Source: a virus
Taxonomy: Duplodnaviria; Caudoviricetes
Virus record (IMG/VR): IMGVR_UViG_3300014656_000138
Coordinates: 1-24,225 of that record
Strand: one strand, 5' to 3'
DNA: 24,225 nucleotides
Each line of letters opens with the position of its first letter. Position 1 is the first letter of the stretch. The notes beneath the pieces were generated by a model, which saw only the letters and a program-made list of their open reading frames with translations, was not told the origin of the DNA and did not search any database. This document shows, piece after piece, positions 15,193 through 24,126 of this stretch. A program made the translations under genes and the position numbers.

Positions 15193-15405
15193 CTACTCCG
15201 TAGCAAACACGCGCAAGTATCCTTGAACGGCTCCAACGGTTACTTCCACCCAGTCCTGTTCGGTAGCGCCCGCACTGCCAGCGTCCACAAGTTCGAGGTC
15301 TTCGGTGGCAAATACCCAGGCCGGTGGATGTTCCCGTGCTTCCAACGTCTCAATACGTCGCTCCAGTTCCCGTAACTTTCGCGCCATTTTCTCTTGTGGA
15401 TTCAC
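15193..15405 (-). CDS. Small tail-associated protein
   Basis: Coupled to the hub gene; LRELERRIETLEARE coiled coil typical of the gene following Gp37-like hubs. Confidence 0.7.
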   Translation of the reverse strand: MNPQEKMARKLRELERRIETLEAREHPPAWVFATEDLELVDAGSAGATEQDWVEVTVGAVQGYLRVFATE

Positions 15406-17837
15406 TGCACTTCGGTCTCTATGTCTACCTGATCGCTGCCATCTTCGTTGAGCGTAACGGTAGCAGCGACGATCTTATACGTCCCATCTACGCCGAAGGC
15501 CTGCGCCGTTACCAGGTCTCCCAGCTCATAGTCGCTACCGTAGAGACACGCCGCCGTTTGCTCCACGCCAAAACTGAAAGCGTCGCGAGCCCGTAGTTCA
15601 TCGAGTCGTTTATCGCCCGCCGCCTCCTGTCCTGCCGTTGTGGAGAGGTTGCCGGCATCCACAAATACTTCAATATTATTGCTGACGTTATGAAAGTCTG
15701 CGCCAGCGCGGATGACAATATCCCTATTGCTTTCTTCGCCGCTGCCTCCCACTATACCTACCGTCTTTTCGCTAATGCGACCATATCGGTAGTGAGGATT
15801 TGACATATTGCCACGGTCGAGCGAAAAGACAACAGTGGCGCTTCTGTCTGTTCCGCGCTGGCCGGTGTACCATCTGAAATTTTGATACCCCGCCCCGACT
15901 TTGAGGAGATCGAAATCGCCGCCGCCTACCAGCGCCAGGTCCTGTAATTCGGTGAGCAGGTTCTTATATGCGCAGTTCCAACTTAGCACATTGCCCTGTG
16001 CATCGTCAGGATCGTAGCCCAATCCCGGTATCCATCCAGTACGTAGACGGCCATTGCCGGTCGTGGCGCTTCCGGCGGCATTGTACTGTACCAGTGTCTT
16101 CATGATTGTCTCCGCCGGTACAGCGGTAAATGTAGTGCGATTGGCCGTCGCTGCATACCAGGCTATGATGCGAGTGGAGAGCAACCACAGCAATCCGGGG
16201 CAATAGGCGGTGAAGATATTCCGGTCGGTGTACTGTTGCTCCTGGCTGAGATATAGACCGTAAAAATCGGCATACCAGTCTATGCCATAGCGTTGATTGC
16301 GCCGCCACACCTCGACCTGGCTACGATTCTCCAGCAGCGACACGGCAGGATGATTGCCGCTCATGTTGAACGTCGCCAGGCCAGGATAATTGACACGCCG
16401 GGTATAGCTCAATTGCCAAATGTCCGCAGTCTCGGCTACGAGTACGCCAGCGGGAGAATAAAAGCGTAACTTGTAGATCGGACTTATAGCCCTGATGATG
16501 GTTACTGTTACCGGCGGCGGGATTGGTGGAGTGCTGGGCTCGTATTCCCAGTATCCCAGGTCTGGTGCGTCGCCGTAATAGTCGAGGCCTACGTTTACGC
16601 CGGCGTCTATGCAAACACTGATCGATAGCAGTGTGTAATTATCATTGGCAGCATCCACGAAACCAGGATCGCCACTGCCAGTTGTGTCATGCGCGCCCAC
16701 CAGTGTGTCAATACAATCGAACCAACCATTATAATCATAGGTCACGCTTCCAACAGACCCAGAAATTTCTATTTTATTCGTATCATAAAACAAATTATTT
16801 TCCAACGTGACATTGACGTAATCTCCGAATTTGAGCACCCTATGCGGGATGTTGACAAATGTATTATTGTAAATGATCGTATCATTGGTGCTCCACGTAT
16901 AGATGGCCGCATTTGTCCATGCTCCCGGATCAGTTACGAGATCGTAAAATAAATTGCGACGCACTGTGATATTTTTGTGATTGCTGATACCGCTAACACA
17001 GTCATAAATTATGTTATCCTCAATCAAAGCATTTCCCACCTCGCTATGAATGGTAATTGCTTCACCTATACCTCCGCCACTTCCACCACAAGTGCTGTCA
17101 CAGTAGCGGAAGCCGTGCATCACATTACGACGGATGATAACGCTGGTTCCCTTTTTGAGGTCAATCGCATTTTCAGAACAATTTGCCAATGTAGTATACA
17201 GATGATTGTCCTCGATGATAATGTTGTCAATTGTCGCTGAACCTGCATCGTCGGCTCCAAGACAATCGCCCCGGCAGTCGTAAATAGTGCAATTGCTGAT
17301 CGTTATATTTGTACCGCCACCGATGGAGATACCGGTTGAATCGGAGGTGTTATTTTTGAATGTATCATGAATTGTGCAGTTATCAATTATGACATCATCG
17401 CCAGTGTTGTCGAGGCTGAATTGAATGGCAGCGTCGCCGCCATTTTGAGACAGTTCACAATTACGGATTCTCAAATGACTGCTGCCATCAATGTTAATCT
17501 GAATGCCACCAACATAATCCCGGTCAAACTTCAGACCATCGAGGGTCCACCAACTATTACCGTCGAGCCTAAATGTAAAATTATATGCCACGGGTGTCGT
17601 CTTGATGATCACGAATTCACCAGTATATGGCTTGATCGTGATCGGATTGCCCGATGTACCGCTGACAGTTGGCGCGATCGGACTCTCTGTATAGACACGC
17701 CCCGGCGCAGCGTCGCCACGGATGTACATCGTGTCCCCAGCGCTCAGGTCATTGACGTGGCCCGCGACATTATTCCACGGATTGGCGAACGTGCCCGTGC
17801 CGTCTGCGCCTGCATTATCTACGTAGTACTCAGCCAT
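15402..17837 (-). CDS. Tail protein: N-terminal right-handed parallel beta-helix (polysaccharide lyase-like) fused to siphovirus Gp37-like hub/Tal domain
   Basis: YYVD...G.FANPW...LSAGDT.YIRG, repeated I.NC.I.D/I.RN..H turns, DPGFVDA..DNY.L...S.CIDAG; Pro linker; then LSYTRRVNYPG...G.GEESNR...EVFVDA...YGSDYELGDLVT. Confidence 0.85.
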   Translation of the reverse strand: MAEYYVDNAGADGTGTFANPWNNVAGHVNDLSAGDTMYIRGDAAPGRVYTESPIAPTVSGTSGNPITIKPYTGEFVIIKTTPVAYNFTFRLDGNSWWTLDGLKFDRDYVGGIQINIDGSSHLRIRNCELSQNGGDAAIQFSLDNTGDDVIIDNCTIHDTFKNNTSDSTGISIGGGTNITISNCTIYDCRGDCLGADDAGSATIDNIIIEDNHLYTTLANCSENAIDLKKGTSVIIRRNVMHGFRYCDSTCGGSGGGIGEAITIHSEVGNALIEDNIIYDCVSGISNHKNITVRRNLFYDLVTDPGAWTNAAIYTWSTNDTIIYNNTFVNIPHRVLKFGDYVNVTLENNLFYDTNKIEISGSVGSVTYDYNGWFDCIDTLVGAHDTTGSGDPGFVDAANDNYTLLSISVCIDAGVNVGLDYYGDAPDLGYWEYEPSTPPIPPPVTVTIIRAISPIYKLRFYSPAGVLVAETADIWQLSYTRRVNYPGLATFNMSGNHPAVSLLENRSQVEVWRRNQRYGIDWYADFYGLYLSQEQQYTDRNIFTAYCPGLLWLLSTRIIAWYAATANRTTFTAVPAETIMKTLVQYNAAGSATTGNGRLRTGWIPGLGYDPDDAQGNVLSWNCAYKNLLTELQDLALVGGGDFDLLKVGAGYQNFRWYTGQRGTDRSATVVFSLDRGNMSNPHYRYGRISEKTVGIVGGSGEESNRDIVIRAGADFHNVSNNIEVFVDAGNLSTTAGQEAAGDKRLDELRARDAFSFGVEQTAACLYGSDYELGDLVTAQAFGVDGTYKIVAATVTLNEDGSDQVDIETEVQ

Positions 17838-17938
17838 TATCTAATCTCAAGCGGTATCCGTAGCGGTATCTCCATCCCGCGCTTGCGGCGGAACAGCGAG
17901 AGCAGCCAGTGCCAGAGGCGGAGGAGGAGGGCTATCAT
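17837..17938 (-). CDS. 33-aa amphipathic/basic peptide (not in ORF track)
   Basis: ATGA overlap upstream and TAATG overlap downstream; MIALLLRLWHWLLSLFRRKRGMEIPLRIPLEIR. Confidence 0.55.
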   Translation of the reverse strand: MIALLLRLWHWLLSLFRRKRGMEIPLRIPLEIR

Positions 17939-18861
17939 TCGGGCCCTATGGCGAGCCAGGTGAAGTCTACATCAGTCCAACTGCCACCAGAAGCATCACG
18001 CCAATATATACGCATTGTAGAGGCCGTGAATGCCCATGCGCTTACAATTATTCGATCAGTTGCATCATAGGCACGGGTTGCGAAGACCAGGGGCTTGTAG
18101 CTAAAAGCAGGATTGAATGTTATATCAACATACCCTTCATAGGCAGAACTACCAGACCATCTTACTATACCCGCTTGCATTCTAACTGTTGTAGGGGTAT
18201 ATACAGTTGTACCCTGGGAAAACCAATCGGTAGCACTACCACCTTGCCGCCGGTAGAACTGTGGAACGCGACTTCCTACTTTGGTGTCATCTACAACGTC
18301 ATTAGCAAGATGCGTGGTATCAATTGAGCCAGCGGCATAGTGTTGACTGTCTATAGCATCGTCATCTACCATATCACCGTCAATGGCAACGTTCGGATGC
18401 AGAAACTCCCGCTCATCCGTAACAGTGATAACGCCGCCGGTCGTGATGGAGCACTGACATAGTGGTATGTCCCAGGTCGTACCGTCAGTTTGTGTGATCG
18501 ACGGCGGTGATCCTGTGCCCTCTGTGCCCGCGATGCGCGTTATCCGTATCGTCTGCGCCGCCCAATCGGCTCGCAATACGAGGCGATCAATGCGCGTGTT
18601 GGAGACAGGCGTAGGGATGGCCGTCTCGACGCTGGCGGTGTTCCAATATGGAAAGCCGTAGACATAAGCCGCGCCGGTATTCGTGGCTACAGGTGAGGAC
18701 GTACCGGTTGTCGCCAGTTCATTGAGATAGTCCTTCGCCACGCCCTCGTTATCAGCACCAACAAAAGTTTGTCGCTGCCAGCGGATGACTTCCGCCTGTG
18801 TGTAAGCGGTCGCGCCGTCACCGGTCGCGCCGGTTGTAAAAAGTAGCCCCTTCTCGCTCAT
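17935..18861 (-). CDS. Minor tail/baseplate protein with C-terminal H-type-lectin/gp53-like receptor-binding domain
   Basis: TGAAYVYG...RIDRLVLR.D...PP.ITQT....WDIPL....I......TDER baseplate pattern; MQAG...ITFNPAFSYKP.V....FTWLAIG C-terminus. Confidence 0.8.
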   Translation of the reverse strand: MSEKGLLFTTGATGDGATAYTQAEVIRWQRQTFVGADNEGVAKDYLNELATTGTSSPVATNTGAAYVYGFPYWNTASVETAIPTPVSNTRIDRLVLRADWAAQTIRITRIAGTEGTGSPPSITQTDGTTWDIPLCQCSITTGGVITVTDEREFLHPNVAIDGDMVDDDAIDSQHYAAGSIDTTHLANDVVDDTKVGSRVPQFYRRQGGSATDWFSQGTTVYTPTTVRMQAGIVRWSGSSAYEGYVDITFNPAFSYKPLVFATRAYDATDRIIVSAWAFTASTMRIYWRDASGGSWTDVDFTWLAIGPE

Positions 18862-18913
18862 TTGACGTATCTCCTATTGTATGGTATACTTCTGCCATCC
18901 TATACAGCAGAAG
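18862..18913 (+). promoter_or_regulatory. Promoter and RBS-occluding hairpin of the homing endonuclease
   Basis: TTGACG (18862-18867), 17 bp, TATACT (18885-18890) with TG extension; CTTCTGC (18889-18895)/GCAGAAG (18907-18913) stem overlaps the AGAAGGAG RBS. Confidence 0.7.
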
Positions 18914-18923
18914 GAGTAAAGCG

Positions 18924-19895
18924 ATGTCCAAAGTAAATCACCAAAAAGTTCTTGCAGACTTGCAGTTGTGCCAGTATACGCAAAGCCAAATTGCTGAAAG
19001 GCGTGATTGCTCTATGCGTTCTGTTGGCAGAATAGCAAAGATCAATGATTTGTCCCCTGGTCAAGGCATCCGCCATCAATGGACTTTCTCTGGCTCTTCG
19101 CCAGAGTTGACATATATCATTGGCTTTTTCCTTGCAGATGGTACAATTCGATATGAACATAAAACCAGGAAGCCGCGCAATCTTACTTTTTATAATATTA
19201 CTACGGAGATACTTGACCATCTCGAAGATTGTCTTTTTCATGTCAGTCTTCCGGCAAAAAGAGTAACAGTGCAACAGAAAGGTGTTGACAATGAAAAGCA
19301 TAATATTCACATCAAGCCTGGCGGTATAATTTATCATACTCACTGCTATTCCACTCTCTTTGCCCGCTGGATTAACCAGCAATGCTCTGGCAAGTCCACT
19401 ATTCCCGCCTTTTTATTTGATGCTGATCTTGCTGATAAAATGGCTTTTGTCTCCGCTGTTATTGATGGAGATGGTTATGTACAGACCAATGGTGGTATAC
19501 GCATCCGCAATACCCAAGAATGGATTCTGCAACTTCCCGCCCTTCTTGATTCTGCTGGAAATAGACATGCTGATCTGCGCCTGGTAGAGATTCTAAAATC
19601 AGGCAAAAAACTCTACGGCCTCAGTATACGGCGGGAAGATTTCCGCGCTCTTGGCGGGCATTTCTATCATCCGGTCAAGCAAGATAGGATGTTAAATGCC
19701 GTGAGTGACTTTTCAAAGTTCAATAAGCCAAAGCCTAAAACTATCTGCCCAAACTGTGGGCGCAAAAACAAATCGAAAAAGTCCGAATTATGCCGTGAGT
19801 GCTATCTCAAAAGTGATAAGTTCCAAGAACATTTGAGACGAATAGCGCCACTGGGTGGCAAGGCTGGAAACATTGCCAGGTGGGGCAATCGCTAA
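18924..19895 (+). CDS. Free-standing double-motif LAGLIDADG homing endonuclease with N-terminal HTH and C-terminal Zn ribbon
   Basis: YIIGFFLADG and AFVSAVIDGDG motifs; YTQSQIAERRDCSMRSVGRI HTH; CPNC...CREC; visibly more AT-rich than flanks and opposite in orientation. Confidence 0.88.
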   Translation: MSKVNHQKVLADLQLCQYTQSQIAERRDCSMRSVGRIAKINDLSPGQGIRHQWTFSGSSPELTYIIGFFLADGTIRYEHKTRKPRNLTFYNITTEILDHLEDCLFHVSLPAKRVTVQQKGVDNEKHNIHIKPGGIIYHTHCYSTLFARWINQQCSGKSTIPAFLFDADLADKMAFVSAVIDGDGYVQTNGGIRIRNTQEWILQLPALLDSAGNRHADLRLVEILKSGKKLYGLSIRREDFRALGGHFYHPVKQDRMLNAVSDFSKFNKPKPKTICPNCGRKNKSKKSELCRECYLKSDKFQEHLRRIAPLGGKAGNIARWGNR

Positions 19896-20780
19896 TCATA
19901 TCCCTACAAACCTGTCAAACCACTGGACGTACACTGTGGTTGCCTCCGTCACTGCTGAACCGGTTACCGTGATATCGTTCTGCCCGCCCGCTGCGTCAGG
20001 ATCGGGTGCTAGATGCCAGGTTGACAAGTCGCTATCACTCGTCAGGTCGGCAATCTTATTCACGTCGCCATCGTCTACTACGGTCTTCTGGCTATAACGA
20101 CAATCTATGTCGTAATAATGTCCGGCGTCAATAGTAACGCCGTCGAAGTCCAGAACTTCACCCGTCGCCAGGTTGGTTATGCAGGCGCTGGTGATCGGCC
20201 CGACGATGCGTATCCGGTAGGGGAACGCCAGCCAGTTGCCGACATAGCTGATGACGGTCGTCTGATTGAGCGTACTGACGCCGATGTTTAGCGGTATCGC
20301 CATTGGTATCTCAAATGCCGCTGAGCCGCCGCCAAGCGCGAACGTCACGCTTTTACCGGTCGGATCGTAGAATGAAGGATCGGCGGCGCTGAGCGTTATC
20401 CCAACCGCGTGCGTGTAGCGCATCTTCTCTTGACTGCTCAAATCCATGTTGCCGATATACTGACAATCCAACTGACGAACGTTTCCATTGTCCAGTGTAA
20501 AGCGTAACCCTAGCGGATCGTCCGTCGGTTTGAACAGGTTCAATAGTGCCGTGCGCCGTGTCCAATAGTCACCCATGGATGTACCTTCCAAGAGCAATGC
20601 CAGCGAGACAGTGCGCGGATCTCCACGGAAGCCCAGGTCTGTCGTGCCGTGTTGCATCGGTGAGCGCTGCGTGATGCGATGGAACGGCATCATGCCCACG
20701 CCGTCGTGTCCGAGGTGCTGGCAATAAGTGCCATCGCTGAGGCTGTATGCTGCACCACCGACAATGATATCTAAGTTCAT
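19896..20780 (-). CDS. Distal tail protein (Dit)
   Basis: Start revised to MNLDI; follows the tape measure; G.GM.P...TQRSP.QHG...PR...AADPSFYD...Y.GN..A.P..I.GP...W.L.P...G.N.I....WFDRFVGI pattern. Confidence 0.85.
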   Translation of the reverse strand: MNLDIIVGGAAYSLSDGTYCQHLGHDGVGMMPFHRITQRSPMQHGTTDLGFRGDPRTVSLALLLEGTSMGDYWTRRTALLNLFKPTDDPLGLRFTLDNGNVRQLDCQYIGNMDLSSQEKMRYTHAVGITLSAADPSFYDPTGKSVTFALGGGSAAFEIPMAIPLNIGVSTLNQTTVISYVGNWLAFPYRIRIVGPITSACITNLATGEVLDFDGVTIDAGHYYDIDCRYSQKTVVDDGDVNKIADLTSDSDLSTWHLAPDPDAAGGQNDITVTGSAVTEATTVYVQWFDRFVGI

Positions 20781-20802
20781 TGCGAGTCCTCGTGGCAATC
20801 CA

Positions 20803-23040
20803 TTATGCACCCGCCAGGAGTTGTACCAAGCGCAGGTCATCGCGTAGGCTGCGCTCAGACTGGTAAGCATAGCTGGCGGTTATACTGATGTTTGTATCAC
20901 CGCCCCGATATTGCGCCGCCACCTGGGCCGGTAGCACGGCCTCACCCTGGTGCAGGTAGGCCCAGCCGGTGCGCGGCACATAATCCGTGCCGTGCTGGAA
21001 TTCTGGCGCACCGCCTCCCTGTCCCGGAGGTGCAGCCCATGGCGGCGTGCCAGTACTAGAATAATGTGTGACGATATCAATATTCTTAGGCACATTGTTG
21101 ACGGCTGCTGTTACTGCCTCAATCGCGGCTACGCCCTCATCACCGCCATATCTTAGCCCAGCGGCGATGCCTATACCGGCCTCCTCAGCCGTCGGCCCTA
21201 ATCCGCTGATGTCCTCACCTATGCCCAGGATCGAAGCAACCGTGTTTTGAACCGACTCGCCTTCTGCAAAGCTATCTAGTGCGCTATTCATGCTTGTTGC
21301 GGCTGCCCAAGTTTCCTCATCAATGATGCCCATTGCTCGTGCTGTTTCGAGCGCCAATTCGGTTTCGGCTGCCGTCCATCCATCTGCCGCTAGCCGCGCC
21401 ATCATCATATCATAAACAATCTGATCCATTACAGCGCGATGCTGGGCGTCCAGGCTGACCAGTTCGCCTTCGAGGCTCTCTAGTGTAGACTGCGTCTCGG
21501 CTACATCATCATCATAGTTGCCGTGCTGTGAACCCAGTTCCTCTAGCCGCTTCTTCGCTTCTACTATCTCCTCGTTGATTCTTATTTGCTCCGCCGTGTA
21601 TTGCTCATTTGCCTTAGAGACTGGCCCTGCCAATGCCTCTGTAAGCATGCCCATCTCGCTGATGTGTGCGTTCACCAGGCGAGTTGATTCTTCTACCTGC
21701 TCGCCTAATTCACCCAGCGGCTGGCTTGCTAACTCCATGCTGGTAGCCCAGCCGTCAGTGTTCTTCCGCGCCTGTTGTAGTGCCGGTGAGTATTGGCTAT
21801 TCCAGCCATCGGCCAGGTTGCTCGATGCGATATCGACTGCCCCGGTGCTGCCGGTGAGTCGCCATTCTGCTTCACTGAGAGCATCGGCAGATTGTCCGGT
21901 CCTGCGCATCATCTCGTCGTAGAATACATAGCCCTGCGAGGTGCGAGCCACTATTTCATCGTGAGCCTCGAATGTCGCATTGATTCCTATGGCGAGTCCG
22001 GCCAGTGCCGCCAGCGGTATGGCAACAGCAGCAGCGGAGGCGGCGAAGCCCGCGAGTCCCAGTCCTGCCGTGTTAGAACCCGCTGCCAGGAGATTCATTG
22101 CCAGGCCGGTATTAGAGACCAGAGTCGCCAGTGCACTCACAGATTGGCCCATCGTGATGATCTTCGGTATGGCAAGAATGATGGCCCCGGCGACTCCCGT
22201 TACTGCTGTACCCAAGCCAAGCGTGGTTGCAATTGTCTTCTGCGTACCCTCATCAAGAGCGGTAAACCAGGCTAGTCCATCCCGCGTGGCGTCAACTGCC
22301 GCCTCCATCGCCGGTAGATACGCCTTGCCCAGTGCGTTAGCAGCGTCCTGGATATCACCCTTGACACTGCCCAACTTCTTACCCACGTCACCCATGGCGG
22401 CTTCGTAGACGCCGGAGATGGCCTCACCTGCCGCCATTGTTTCGTTGAGGCGGGCCTGCATCTTTTCATTGGCCGTTAATTCCGTTGTGGTTTTGCCTAA
22501 CTGCGCCGCCATCTTTTTATAAGAGGCGTTGAAATCGACGGTGAGGCCCATCGTTTTCAGTAGTTCTACTTCGCCACGCTGAATGCCGGTGATGAGGCGC
22601 TCGTAAGCCTCAGAGGAGTTGAGGTTAGCAATAACCGCTGCGTCCTGTGCCAGTCGTGCGAGGTCTGTAGCGTGAGATAGGTCTATCTCGGCCTGCATCA
22701 TCTGGATGAGGCCCTGGCGAGAGGCGCTGACGGTGATACCCGCCTCCATCAGGCTGGCCTCAAAGACGCTCAGTTGGGCAGCGGAATAGCCTGAGTTTTC
22801 GCCTACTGTATTGAGGACCGTACCGAGGACTTCCACGCGGGCGGCAGTCATCGCCGCCGTGCCGATGACCGCGCCGCCAGCAGCAGACAATGCCGCCAGG
22901 CCAACGCCCAGTGGCTGCAATGATTGGGCGGCGCTGCCTGCTTCTTTCCCTAGCGTGCCAAGCGAAGTGCCAACAGATTTAAGATTGGCACTGGCCTGGT
23001 CTATCGCTTTGATGATGATGTCGAGGCTATAGGTCGTCAT
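20803..23040 (-). CDS. Tape measure protein
   Basis: 745 aa, Ala/Gly-rich helical; LDIIIKAIDQAS N-terminus; FQHGTDYVPRTG.AYLHQGEAVLP C-terminal motif; synteny. Confidence 0.92.
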   Translation of the reverse strand: MTTYSLDIIIKAIDQASANLKSVGTSLGTLGKEAGSAAQSLQPLGVGLAALSAAGGAVIGTAAMTAARVEVLGTVLNTVGENSGYSAAQLSVFEASLMEAGITVSASRQGLIQMMQAEIDLSHATDLARLAQDAAVIANLNSSEAYERLITGIQRGEVELLKTMGLTVDFNASYKKMAAQLGKTTTELTANEKMQARLNETMAAGEAISGVYEAAMGDVGKKLGSVKGDIQDAANALGKAYLPAMEAAVDATRDGLAWFTALDEGTQKTIATTLGLGTAVTGVAGAIILAIPKIITMGQSVSALATLVSNTGLAMNLLAAGSNTAGLGLAGFAASAAAVAIPLAALAGLAIGINATFEAHDEIVARTSQGYVFYDEMMRRTGQSADALSEAEWRLTGSTGAVDIASSNLADGWNSQYSPALQQARKNTDGWATSMELASQPLGELGEQVEESTRLVNAHISEMGMLTEALAGPVSKANEQYTAEQIRINEEIVEAKKRLEELGSQHGNYDDDVAETQSTLESLEGELVSLDAQHRAVMDQIVYDMMMARLAADGWTAAETELALETARAMGIIDEETWAAATSMNSALDSFAEGESVQNTVASILGIGEDISGLGPTAEEAGIGIAAGLRYGGDEGVAAIEAVTAAVNNVPKNIDIVTHYSSTGTPPWAAPPGQGGGAPEFQHGTDYVPRTGWAYLHQGEAVLPAQVAAQYRGGDTNISITASYAYQSERSLRDDLRLVQLLAGA

Positions 23041-23664
23041 GTTTCAACCTCATCCACAGTTGCGTGATCTTCCAGTCGTGCCGATGAGCGCGTTGCCATT
23101 TGCCAGGGCCGCCGCCGATGCCATCGTAAAACATCCTGCGCCAGTTGGCGACGGCATCGTAGACTGTTTCGGCTGCTTCCATATGTTCAATATCTCCGGC
23201 CAACTGGTCACGCAGTGCGCCAGGCTCAGGCAATACGCGGTATCTATTACAGCGCCAGGCGTTGACTAATTCCCGTGGCGGCGGGCAATCGTCGTCGCTC
23301 GCACAGTCGCCCGCCGCAAGGATCAGTTTTTTGGGATGTAGAGTTTTGCCAGTACGTAAACATTGACCTGGCTGCTAACCCACATCACGATCTGCATTGC
23401 CCGCCCGTGCACGTCCTTCAGGTCGGCAGGTGAGAGATTATGAGGATCGGGCAGGGCTTCACATTCCCAATCCTCAATTATCTCAACAGCCCCCGTCCAG
23501 TTAATGGACGGTGCAAACTGCGCGCCCGCTGCCTTCGCCTTGTCTCGCCCGGCCTCATATTGCTCGACGTGGCGCAGGCGGAACGGTTCGGGCAACGTGA
23601 AACGACAACCCAGCGCCTCGCTGTAGAACTCGCCCGGCTTCAGCGTTTCCAGCTCATTAGCCAC
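23027..23664 (-). CDS. Tail assembly chaperone GT (-1 frameshift product)
   Basis: A -1 shift at CCCAAAAAAC gives ...IPK-KLILAAGDCASDDDCPPPRELVNAWRCNRYRVLPEPGALRDQ..., open to stop at 23027. Confidence 0.8.
23323..23664 (-). CDS. Tail assembly chaperone G
   Basis: Between tail tube and tape measure; ends ...YIPKN* on a slippery site. Confidence 0.85.
   Translation of the reverse strand: MANELETLKPGEFYSEALGCRFTLPEPFRLRHVEQYEAGRDKAKAAGAQFAPSINWTGAVEIIEDWECEALPDPHNLSPADLKDVHGRAMQIVMWVSSQVNVYVLAKLYIPKN
23326..23335 (-). other. Programmed -1 frameshift slippery site C CCA AAA AAC
   Basis: X XXY YYZ heptamer immediately before the G stop codon. Confidence 0.8.
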
Positions 23665-24113
23665 TATGCCACCGCCGACTTGGTCACAAAGGGCGTCTCC
23701 AGCACGAAGTCAACCATCACCGGGTCGCCGCTCTCCGCCTCGCCGCCTGGATACAGCGGACTCTTGACAACGCCCGCCGCCGTGGTGTACAAGAATTCAG
23801 TACTTTGGCCGCCCTTCGGAGACCAACGGACATAGAAGTCGCTGCCCGCCTCGTAGATAGCGCGGATGACTTCTGTCGGATCGCTGGCACCCTCGGTGTA
23901 GGCAATGTTTACGGTCACCGTCAGCGGCCCGCGCTTAGAACTGCGCAGGATGGCAGTGTCGCCGTCAAAGGTGTACTTGACGCCGGTTGCCCGCTCCCCA
24001 CCGTCTACCGAGACAGTAGAGGCAAAGCCACTAATGTCAGTCCAGTTGGAGTTATCTGGCGATGTCTCGACCGTGCAGTCTTTGAAACTTGGTGCTGCTG
24101 TAGTTTGTGCCAT
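23664..24113 (-). CDS. Major tail tube protein
   Basis: 149 aa beta-rich (WTDISGF...YVRWSPKGG); AGGAGG RBS; position before the chaperones. Confidence 0.85.
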   Translation of the reverse strand: MAQTTAAPSFKDCTVETSPDNSNWTDISGFASTVSVDGGERATGVKYTFDGDTAILRSSKRGPLTVTVNIAYTEGASDPTEVIRAIYEAGSDFYVRWSPKGGQSTEFLYTTAAGVVKSPLYPGGEAESGDPVMVDFVLETPFVTKSAVA

Positions 24114-24126
24114 ATTCTCTTACCTC

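Noticed and set aside
17935-18300. Possible DGR variable region in the tail fibre C-terminus
   Set aside because: No template repeat or reverse transcriptase seen in the window.
18900-19382. 160-aa - strand ORF that would keep the tail operon co-directional
   Set aside because: Antisense to a clear LAGLIDADG gene; no motif or RBS.
18924-19895. Intein or group I intron hosting the endonuclease
   Set aside because: Opposite strand to flanking genes, both of which look intact; no splice-junction residues or room for an intron core.
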